Assembly: GCA_965213625.1 (NCBI GenBank)
Contig: CBDBZU010000004.1
Location: forward strand, 2,464,001 to 2,528,000
Direction: 5' to 3'
Origin: a bacterium
GTDB taxonomy: Bacteria > UBA8248
DNA: 64,000 nt
Position numbers and translations under genes: made by a program. Below the pieces are notes generated by a model. The model saw only the letters and a list, made by a program, of their open reading frames with translations. It did not search any database and was not told where the DNA came from. This document shows, piece by piece, positions 56,266 to 64,000 of this stretch. Within the stretch, counting starts at the first letter, position 1. Each line of letters starts with the position of its first letter.

Positions 56266-57180
56266 TTGCCTGGATTCGTAATAGACGCTCAAGGCATCAA
56301 GAAATCCTTCGGAACCCTCAAGGCTGTCGATGGTGTCTCGCTTCAGGTGAAAACCGGTGAATGTTTCGGAATTCTGGGTCCGAACGGAGCCGGGAAGACC
56401 ACGACAATCAAAATGCTTCATGGGGCAGTTGAGCCTGATGCGGGTACTTTGAGGGTTTTAAGTAGAGATGTGGCAACCCAAAGTCGGTTCATTCGCGAGC
56501 AGATGGGTATCGTGTCGCAAGAGGATACCTTGGATCGCGATTTGACGGTGTATGAAAACCTTTGGGTATATGCCGGATTTTTCGGCATCGCCAAAAAGGT
56601 GTCATTATCCCGCATCGAGTACTTGCTCGATTTCATGCAGCTTCGTGAAAAATGGGATTCACAAATCAAGACCCTATCCGGCGGGATGAAACGGCGCCTT
56701 CACATCGCTCGCGCCCTCATCCATGAACCGAAATTCCTGATACTGGATGAACCCACTACTGGCCTGGATCCGCAGGCGAGGCACCTTGTCTGGCAGAGGC
56801 TCCGAGAACTCAAAGCGCAGGGTCTGACCATCCTCCTCACAACGCATTATATGGAAGAAGCGGCCCAGATTTGCGATCGCATCGGTATCATGGACGGGGG
56901 AAGATTTCTTCTCGAAGGCGCACCGCAAACTCTGGTTCAGGAAAAAGTGGGCGATGAAGTATATGAACTGAGAGGCGGTGACTCTGAAGAATTGCTCAAC
57001 TCGTTGCAAGGCTTATCCGTTAATGCCGAAGTCGTTGCCGATATATTGTACTTGTATAGCCACAACGGAATGGGTGTGATGGAACATTTGATATCTTGCG
57101 GCCGAAAGGATTTTTTAAGAAGACCTGCCACCTTGGAGGATTTATTTCTAAAACTGACTGGCCGGGAACTTCGGGATTAA
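56266..57180 (+). CDS. ABC-2 exporter ATP-binding protein (NodI-like)
   Basis: GPNGAGKTT, LSGGMKRR, LDEPTTGLDPQARH, LTTHYMEEA; start uncertain (TTG 56266 or GTG 56254). Confidence 0.9.
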   Translation: MPGFVIDAQGIKKSFGTLKAVDGVSLQVKTGECFGILGPNGAGKTTTIKMLHGAVEPDAGTLRVLSRDVATQSRFIREQMGIVSQEDTLDRDLTVYENLWVYAGFFGIAKKVSLSRIEYLLDFMQLREKWDSQIKTLSGGMKRRLHIARALIHEPKFLILDEPTTGLDPQARHLVWQRLRELKAQGLTILLTTHYMEEAAQICDRIGIMDGGRFLLEGAPQTLVQEKVGDEVYELRGGDSEELLNSLQGLSVNAEVVADILYLYSHNGMGVMEHLISCGRKDFLRRPATLEDLFLKLTGRELRD

Positions 57181-57953
57181 TGCTCTTTCCCCAGGCTCCC
57201 AGCCATCGCGCCTTTCGCGTATGGGTTCGCCATTTGGTGTATTATCGCTCTTTCTATTTGGCGGAATGGGCGGGTAATCTGGGTGAACACATTTTATGGT
57301 TGGTGGCGTTTGGATATGGACTTGGTCGGTTGGTGCCGAATTTGGACGGTATTTCCTATGCGCAATTCATTGGCCCAGGCTTGATGGTTTCCGTCGCAAT
57401 GTGGAATGCCACGTATGAATCCACGTACGGGGCATATTCGAGAATGAGAATTCAAAATATATATGAATCCATGCTGATGGCTCCGCTCACAGTGGGCGAT
57501 ATCGTGCTGGGCGATCTTCTTTGGTGCGCGAGCCGCGCCTTGATTGGTTCGACGTTGATGTTGGTAGTATTGAGCTTGTTCGGTCTGGTAGGCTCTTTGT
57601 GGGCAGTGGCGATTCTCCCAATTCTGTTCATCGAGGCGGTGATGTTTGCAGCCTTGGGACTCATTGCGACGTCATTGGCGCATAGTTTTTCGTTTTTCAA
57701 TTTTTATTTCTCCGCCATAGTAATGCCCATGTTTTTCTTCGCTGGCACCTTATTCCCGATCAAGGGTCTTCCGCTTTGGGTAGAACGATTATCCGAAGCT
57801 CTCCCGCTCACGCATGCGGTGCGTATCTCGCGCGGCTTGTTTATTTACGGGTACGTTGAGAACTTTATCTGGCATTTTTCGTTTTTGCTTGGTTTTACCT
57901 TGTTGTTCTTGAGTGTCGCCTGTGTTTTGGTGAGTAGACGAATGGTGGAATAG
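57180..57953 (+). CDS. ABC-2 exporter permease (NodJ-like)
   Basis: FGYGLG.LV, Y.QFI.PG, ATYESTYGAYSRM, PMFFFAGTLFP, LPLTH; TAATG overlap with the ATPase gene. Confidence 0.9.
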   Translation: MLFPQAPSHRAFRVWVRHLVYYRSFYLAEWAGNLGEHILWLVAFGYGLGRLVPNLDGISYAQFIGPGLMVSVAMWNATYESTYGAYSRMRIQNIYESMLMAPLTVGDIVLGDLLWCASRALIGSTLMLVVLSLFGLVGSLWAVAILPILFIEAVMFAALGLIATSLAHSFSFFNFYFSAIVMPMFFFAGTLFPIKGLPLWVERLSEALPLTHAVRISRGLFIYGYVENFIWHFSFLLGFTLLFLSVACVLVSRRMVE

Positions 57954-57954
57954 C

Positions 57955-58890
57955 ATGGGCTCTGTAACCAAAATCCTACATCCTCCTGAACCATTTTTAT
58001 TTCACGAAAGTTTGTTGCGTTTTCGTGTTTCCAAAGAGGAGTTTGTCAATTCCTACATTGACGGTGTGTATCGTCGGGTTGTGGAGGATGGGAAAGGTGA
58101 TTTGGTTTTGTTAGAAGCCGAAATGGGAAGCGAGGGTCGGAACTCGATTCGACTTCGAATGACCACGGAAGGGCGGATGACGAAATCGGCTCAAAATGCA
58201 GGTTTGGACGCGATAAAGCATATTTTGGCTTTTGATCTTGATCTGAGGCCATTTTACAGGATAGCGAAAAATGATGCGAATTTGGCTCCGACCACGAAAA
58301 AATTCAAGGGGCTCAAGCCAATACGTTTCTTGAGCGTGTTCGAAGCTCTTGTTACGGCGATTACCGCACAACAGGTGAATTTAACATTTGCCGGCACCAT
58401 ACGTGGCCGTATGGTGAAGCGATGGGGGAGAAAGTTGCAAATCGATGGGAAGACGCATTTCGCATTTCCGCGTCCGGAGCGTTTGGCCAGAGTTCGAGTA
58501 GCCACATTACGCAAGATGCAATTTTCGGAACGAAAAGCCGAATATGTGATTGAGGTGGCGCGCGCTGCTATGGAGGGCAACTTGGATGAGAGTGAACTGC
58601 GTATTCTCCCGATAGACGAAGCAGTAGCTCGCTTGATCGAGATACTGGGCGTGGGGCGCTGGACAGCCGAGCAAATGTTGTTCCGGGCGCTTGGCCGCGT
58701 CGAGGTATTTCCTGGAGGTGATTTGGGAGTGCAGAAAGTCGTGGCGCGTTATTGCTATGGAAAAGAGCGTGTGGACGAGAAGGCGGCACGCATGCAAGCT
58801 GATAGGTGGCATCCATGGGCTTCTCTAGCAACGACTTATTTATTCGCTGCATGGCGTGCGGGTGTCCCGCCCGCTGGTGAAGCAAACTGA
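57955..58890 (+). CDS. alkA: DNA-3-methyladenine glycosylase (AlkA family)
   Basis: FEALVTAITAQQV, FPRPE, HhH ILGVGRWTA, FPGGDLG, WHPW. Confidence 0.9.
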   Translation: MGSVTKILHPPEPFLFHESLLRFRVSKEEFVNSYIDGVYRRVVEDGKGDLVLLEAEMGSEGRNSIRLRMTTEGRMTKSAQNAGLDAIKHILAFDLDLRPFYRIAKNDANLAPTTKKFKGLKPIRFLSVFEALVTAITAQQVNLTFAGTIRGRMVKRWGRKLQIDGKTHFAFPRPERLARVRVATLRKMQFSERKAEYVIEVARAAMEGNLDESELRILPIDEAVARLIEILGVGRWTAEQMLFRALGRVEVFPGGDLGVQKVVARYCYGKERVDEKAARMQADRWHPWASLATTYLFAAWRAGVPPAGEAN

Positions 58891-58913
58891 TATTTTATGA
58901 GCCAGATACGTTT

Positions 58914-60056
58914 ATGAACATCACACGAATTTCCATTGAGGAGCGGGAAACACTCCTGCTGGCCCCCTATGCCGCACACAGCGCCGATAGTCTTGGACGC
59001 GAGTACCCGGAACCTGAGCACGACATGAGGACAGCTTTTCAGCGTGATCGTGATCGAATCATTCATACGCAGGCGTTCAGGAGGCTTGAGTACAAAACTC
59101 AGGTTTTTGTGAATCATGAGGGGGATCATTACCGGACGCGCTTGACACACACTATAGAAGTAAGCCAAATCGCTCGCTCCATCGCTCGCGCGCTGGGCTT
59201 GAATGAAGAACTCGCCGAGGCTGTTGCCCTTGCGCATGATTTGGGCCACCCACCATTTGGGCATGCCGGTGAAAAGGTTTTAGATGAACTGATGAAAGAT
59301 CACGGTGGGTTTGAACATAATATACAAGCCCTGCGGATCGTCGAAGTTCTGGAAAAGCGCTATCCATCGTTTCCGGGTTTGAATCTGACATGGGAAACGC
59401 GCGAGGGGATAATTAAATATCTTCATCGATACGAAGGTCCTATGCCTCCCGGTCTGACGAATACGGTTTCTCCCAGCCTCGAGGCACAGGTGGTCGATGT
59501 CGCGGATGAGATTGCATATAACAATCATGATTTAGACGATGGACTCTCATCCCGGTTATTTGATTTGGAAGATGTGCAGGATACGCTCCTTTGGCGTGAA
59601 CATTACAGAAGCTCGAAAAAATCTTTTCCAGGTTCAACCTGGCGAGAGAGCAAGCACGATACCATACGCCGAATTATCAACTCACAAGTTCAAGATATCA
59701 TCACATCCACGTGCGAGCGCATTAAGACTCGGAAGATACGGGATATTACGGATGTTAGAGAGAATGGGCATGATGTCATTGTATTCGGTGAAAATATGAA
59801 CGAGAAGAACATAGAGCTCAAACGTTTCTTGATGGCAAGGATGTACAAGAACAAGCGCGTCATGAAATTAGAAGAAAGCGCTCGAAAGATATTGAGTGGA
59901 TTGTTCCAGTTATACATCGTTGATCCTAACAAAATTCCGGAACATGTACGTAAACTCGAGAGTGTGGATGGTCGACATCGAATGGTTTGTGATTATGTAG
60001 CAGGGATGACGGACCGCTACGCTCTCCAACAACATGAGCGAAGGTTGGGCTCATAA
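58914..60056 (+). CDS. dgt: Deoxyguanosinetriphosphate triphosphohydrolase
   Basis: FQRDRDRIIH, FRRLEYKTQVF, RTRLTH, AHDLGHPPFGHAGE, DEIAYNNHD, DYVAGMTD. Confidence 0.95.
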   Translation: MNITRISIEERETLLLAPYAAHSADSLGREYPEPEHDMRTAFQRDRDRIIHTQAFRRLEYKTQVFVNHEGDHYRTRLTHTIEVSQIARSIARALGLNEELAEAVALAHDLGHPPFGHAGEKVLDELMKDHGGFEHNIQALRIVEVLEKRYPSFPGLNLTWETREGIIKYLHRYEGPMPPGLTNTVSPSLEAQVVDVADEIAYNNHDLDDGLSSRLFDLEDVQDTLLWREHYRSSKKSFPGSTWRESKHDTIRRIINSQVQDIITSTCERIKTRKIRDITDVRENGHDVIVFGENMNEKNIELKRFLMARMYKNKRVMKLEESARKILSGLFQLYIVDPNKIPEHVRKLESVDGRHRMVCDYVAGMTDRYALQQHERRLGS

Positions 60057-60144
60057 AATTCACGGTCCATAGAAAACAAGAGTTTAACGAAGAAAGAAAT
60101 TTTGGGGTGAAGACTTTTGCATTGATTTACTTTGCGTGAGGATG

Positions 60145-61554
60145 TTATTTGATTTGAAGAGCAGCGAACAGGTTTGTTTCTTTTCTCTTCAAAAGGAGGA
60201 GTACGGAGCCCTCTAGGCGGGATTTGTCAACGATCGACTTAAATTCTTCTATTGTTTTTACAGGTTTGTGGTTAACCTCCTCGATTACATCACCTGGCCT
60301 GATTCCACCAAGCTCGGCAATACCGCCTCTGAGAATCGAGGAGATCACCAATTTATTCTCTCCATAGGTCAACCCGAAACGCTGGGCAAGATGTGGAGTA
60401 AGCGATTCCACCTTCATTCCCATGTCCGTATGGTTTGTCATCATTCTCGAATTGGGTGCTTCTGGCTGACTGCCTATACGAATATAGACGCTCTTGAGGC
60501 GCTTTTCTCGATAATATTTTACCAACACAAGGGAATTTGGTTTCGTGCGAGCTACTATGCGGGGAAGGCTCTGCCATGTGCTGACAGATTTGCCGTCAAA
60601 TTCAATGACCACATCTCCTCGATGCAAGCCGGCGCGATCGGCAGGGCCATCGCGAGTGACTTGCGTGAGCTTGGCGCCCTCGAAGCGGGCTAAGCCCAGA
60701 TTTTTCCCCTCTTGTCGGGGGACTGCGGATATGGCCGCACCTATGCGACCCCGGACTGGATAGCCTTTGTGGCGGAGGGAATCGATGACGGCTTTGGCCT
60801 GGTTGATTGGAATAGCGAAGCCGATGCCCAAACTCCAGGCGCGTGACCCACTGGAAAATATCACTGTATTGACGCCGATTACGTCGCCTTCCGAATTTGC
60901 GAGTGGACCACCAGAATTACCGGGGTTGATCGATGCGTCGGTTTGGAGATATTCATCATAAGGACCTTCTTTCAAGTCTCGACCCTTGGCGCTTATAATT
61001 CCCACAGATAGGGAATTCGCCAAACCAAATGGGCTGCCAATGGCTATAACCCATTGCCCGACATCAATAGTATCTGAATCTCCAAGAGACGCTTCTTGGA
61101 GTTTTTTAGTTGGTTTTATTTTTATTAAGGCAAGATCTGTTTTATCGTCTACACCGAGCAAACGGGCCGAGAATTCCTCCCCTTCATGGAGTTTGACCAT
61201 AATTTCTTGCGCGTTCTTGATAACGTGGTAGTTTGTTAAAATATGACCTTCTTGCGAGACAATGATTCCAGACCCCACGTTGTAATTACCGCTAAATGGC
61301 ACATTCCCCTGATCAAATTTTGGAGGATTGTCTTTTTGACGGCCTCTCCCGAAAAGGTTGAGTAAAGGATTGCCGTCGATGCCTTTAGGTTTTACACGGA
61401 TATGTACAACTGAAGGTTGTAACTTTTTGGCCGCATCGATTATGAGGCGACTACCAAATGGATGAGACGCTGCCGCCAACACTGGTGAGACGTAAAATAA
61501 GCAGAGCAATAAAAAGGAAACGTGGGTAGATACATGTAGACTGCGGCAGCGCAT
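60145..61554 (-). CDS. degP: DegP/HtrA serine endopeptidase with two PDZ domains
   Basis: GSGII, TNYHV, DLAL, IGSPFG, QTDASINPGNSGGP, GIGFAIP; start uncertain. Confidence 0.93.
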   Translation of the reverse strand: MRCRSLHVSTHVSFLLLCLFYVSPVLAAASHPFGSRLIIDAAKKLQPSVVHIRVKPKGIDGNPLLNLFGRGRQKDNPPKFDQGNVPFSGNYNVGSGIIVSQEGHILTNYHVIKNAQEIMVKLHEGEEFSARLLGVDDKTDLALIKIKPTKKLQEASLGDSDTIDVGQWVIAIGSPFGLANSLSVGIISAKGRDLKEGPYDEYLQTDASINPGNSGGPLANSEGDVIGVNTVIFSSGSRAWSLGIGFAIPINQAKAVIDSLRHKGYPVRGRIGAAISAVPRQEGKNLGLARFEGAKLTQVTRDGPADRAGLHRGDVVIEFDGKSVSTWQSLPRIVARTKPNSLVLVKYYREKRLKSVYIRIGSQPEAPNSRMMTNHTDMGMKVESLTPHLAQRFGLTYGENKLVISSILRGGIAELGGIRPGDVIEEVNHKPVKTIEEFKSIVDKSRLEGSVLLLLKRKETNLFAALQIK

Positions 61555-61837
61555 AGTTAAGTGTACCCTAATGTAGGGGTCTGAAATACGCATAAACGGC
61601 TGAAACACCGCACGTTGCATATGCTAGCATCGTGTATTACAGGGAGCAATCAATTTGACCAAGGTTAAACAAGTTTGATATAGCGTGTTCGCTCGATCAT
61701 CTGTGCAATTAGCAGGTTTATCTAGTGCAAATTTGATTGATGCTCGGGATTCGAAAAACAGCTATGAGATTTTCAAGCAGACTCACGCAGTTCCGGCATT
61801 TGCGCCATTCGCTTTCCTAGAGAGATTTCTTCCGGCT

Positions 61838-63640
61838 GTGAAAATCGATCGAATCAGAAACTTCTCAATTATCGCTCATATAGACCATGGGAAATCAACC
61901 CTGGCGGATCGCATTTTGGAAATGACCGGGGCGCTTTCAAAGCGTGAGATGTCTTCCCAGGTCTTGGATTCCATGGATTTGGAGCAGGAGCGAGGCATAA
62001 CAATCAAGGCGGCGACAGTTCGGATTCTCTATAAATCGGCTCGGGGCGAAGACTATGTCTTTAACCTCATAGATACACCCGGTCATGTGGATTTCAGCTA
62101 TGAAGTTTCCAGAAGCCTTCAGGCTTGCGAGGGCGCTTTGCTGCTTGTCGACGCTACCCAAGGTATCCAGGCGCAAACGATGGCGAATGCGTATCTTGCT
62201 TTGGAACAGGATTTAGCCATTATCCCAGTGATCAACAAAATCGATTTGCCAGCAGCTGATCCTGAACGCGTGATAAGGCAAGTTGAGGACATCATCGGAA
62301 TTGATGGGGATGAATGCCTTCTGGTGAGCGCGAAACAAGGCGAAGGTGTAGATTTGCTACTTGAAGCAATCGTTGAGCGAATTCCCCCTCCTAGTGGAGA
62401 GCCACAAGGTTCCGCTCAAGGGCTCGTAATCGATTCTTGGTATGACTCCTACCAGGGGGCTATTCCACTCTTCCGGATGTTTACGGGGACTATTCGCAAG
62501 GGCGAAATCGTCCGCTTCATGTCGACTGGCAAGGAATATCAAGTTCTAAGTTTAAGTACATTTACGCCTCATGAAGTTAAAATGAAAGAACTTGGGCCAG
62601 GCGAAGTCGGTATTTTGTCTGCTTCGATACGCGAAGTGAGCGATACCCGGGTAGGTGACACTATTACGCTTGCAAAAATACCTGCGAGTGAGGCAATCCA
62701 AGGCTTCCAGGAACCGAAAGCGATGGTATATAGCGGGTTATATGCGGCGGACAGTGCCGAATATGAAGACTTAAGGACAGCGCTCGAGAAACTCAGGCTG
62801 AACGATTCGGCCTTCACCTATGAACCTGAGACTTCGGTTGCTTTGGGGTTTGGTTTCAGGTGTGGTTTTTTGGGTCTTCTTCATATGGAAATTATTCGTG
62901 AGAGGCTAGAGCGTGAATATGATCTGACGCTCATCATCACAGCCCCGACTGTGATTTTTCGTGTTCTGCTTAGTGACGCTACAGTGGAGGAAATCGATAG
63001 CCCGGCGAAGTTGCCCGAACTCTCAAGGATTGAATCGATCGAGGAACCTTTCATCTTGGGCACTATTCTTGTGCCCTCAGAGTATGTGGGCGCTGTTCTT
63101 AAATTGGCCCAGGAGAAGCGTGGCATACAACGCTCTATGGAATATATCGATACGACGACAGTGCAAATTGTCTACGAACTACCATTTAGTGAAATTCTCT
63201 TTGATTTTTACGACAAATTAAAATCAGTTTCTCGCGGATACGCGAGTTTTGATTATGAGCACCTGGATTACCGTTCGGCGGAAGTGGTAAAGCTGGATGT
63301 CCTACTCAACGGACAGCCGATAGACCCATTTTCAACGATCATTCACAAGGAGAAAGCTTACTATCATGGCAGGGCGCTGGTGCAAAAAATGAAAGAAATC
63401 ATCCCAAGGCAAATGTTTGAGGTTATCATCCAAGCCGCGGTTGGGAACCGGGTGATTGCGCGGGAGACGATCAGGGCCCTGAGAAAAGATGTGACTGCGA
63501 AATGCTATGGTGGTGATATCACGCGAAAACGAAAGTTATTGGAAAAGCAGCGAGAAGGTAAGAAGCGCATGAAGAATATAGGGACCGTAGAAGTGCCTCA
63601 AGAAGCATTTATGGCTGTCTTGGATGTGGGCAAGGAGTAA
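61838..63640 (+). CDS. lepA: Translation elongation factor 4 (LepA)
   Basis: [60 protein letters not shown]; GTG start 61838. Confidence 0.98.
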   Translation: MKIDRIRNFSIIAHIDHGKSTLADRILEMTGALSKREMSSQVLDSMDLEQERGITIKAATVRILYKSARGEDYVFNLIDTPGHVDFSYEVSRSLQACEGALLLVDATQGIQAQTMANAYLALEQDLAIIPVINKIDLPAADPERVIRQVEDIIGIDGDECLLVSAKQGEGVDLLLEAIVERIPPPSGEPQGSAQGLVIDSWYDSYQGAIPLFRMFTGTIRKGEIVRFMSTGKEYQVLSLSTFTPHEVKMKELGPGEVGILSASIREVSDTRVGDTITLAKIPASEAIQGFQEPKAMVYSGLYAADSAEYEDLRTALEKLRLNDSAFTYEPETSVALGFGFRCGFLGLLHMEIIRERLEREYDLTLIITAPTVIFRVLLSDATVEEIDSPAKLPELSRIESIEEPFILGTILVPSEYVGAVLKLAQEKRGIQRSMEYIDTTTVQIVYELPFSEILFDFYDKLKSVSRGYASFDYEHLDYRSAEVVKLDVLLNGQPIDPFSTIIHKEKAYYHGRALVQKMKEIIPRQMFEVIIQAAVGNRVIARETIRALRKDVTAKCYGGDITRKRKLLEKQREGKKRMKNIGTVEVPQEAFMAVLDVGKE

Positions 63641-63642
63641 AT

Positions 63643-64000
63643 GTGTCAGATGCCAGTTTAGCAACACGCAAGAGCGAGAAGCGTAAGCGTAAATCCAAAT
63701 CAACTTTTCGTGAATATGCTGAAGCAATAATCATTGCTTTGTTGCTGGCTATGTTTGTGCGCACATTTGTAGTGCAAGCATTTAAGATACCCTCGGGCTC
63801 GATGGAAAATACTCTCCTTGTCGGCGACCATATACTCGTCAATAAATTCATATATTGGTTCCGTGAGCCCAAACGCGGAGATATTATCGTTTTCAGGTTT
63901 CCTAAAGATGAACGACGCGATTTTATCAAGCGCATTATTGCTTTGCCGGGTGAGGAGGTGATGGTTCGAGGGGAAAAAGTGTTTATCAATTGCGCCTCGC
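63643..64000 (+). CDS. lepB: Signal peptidase I (3'-truncated; missing from the ORF track)
   Basis: REYAEAIIIALLLAMFVRTFVVQAFKIPSGSMENTLLVGDHILVNKF...DFIKRII; directly after lepA. Confidence 0.95.
   Translation, partial: MSDASLATRKSEKRKRKSKSTFREYAEAIIIALLLAMFVRTFVVQAFKIPSGSMENTLLVGDHILVNKFIYWFREPKRGDIIVFRFPKDERRDFIKRIIALPGEEVMVRGEKVFINCAS

Noticed and set aside
56266-57953. Nodulation genes nodIJ
   Set aside because: The NodI/NodJ-like exporter family is widespread and no nodABC genes are present.
58914-60056. Anti-phage dGTPase
   Set aside because: It looks like the short housekeeping Dgt type and lies among core genes, not in a defence island.

Overview
Bacterial chromosomal window, mostly GC-rich with visibly lower GC after ~56 kb. 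Gene order (mfd-surA-S4, pyrR-pyrB-pyrC-carAB, lepA-lepB) suggests a deltaproteobacteria/Nitrospinota-like organism, but this is inference only. Housekeeping genes (CCA enzyme, pdxA, aroF, rodZ, mfd, pyr/car, transaldolase, gdh, alkA, dgt, degP, lepA, lepB) are mixed with ABC transporters and oxidoreductases. Highlights: (1) a selenium neighbourhood at 17.4-28.4 kb. It holds a UGSC-motif selenoprotein split by the ORF caller at an in-frame TGA, with a SECIS-like hairpin, in an operon with two acyl-CoA dehydrogenases. Next to it is a ridA-yqeB-MoxR AAA+-vWA-yqeC-xdhC operon, a candidate Se/Mo-cofactor maturation machine. (2) Two collinear copies of an unexplained ~0.5-0.6 kb non-coding element 46.6 kb apart, with 10-bp-phased boxes; one copy carries a ~45-bp hairpin array. 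(3) An unannotated Tyr/Phe leader-peptide attenuator before aroF and a PyrR attenuator before the pyr operon. (4) A REP-punctuated toxin-antitoxin patch at 48.5-52.2 kb with orphan antitoxins and gene remnants. No rRNA, tRNA, CRISPR array or intact transposase was recognised.
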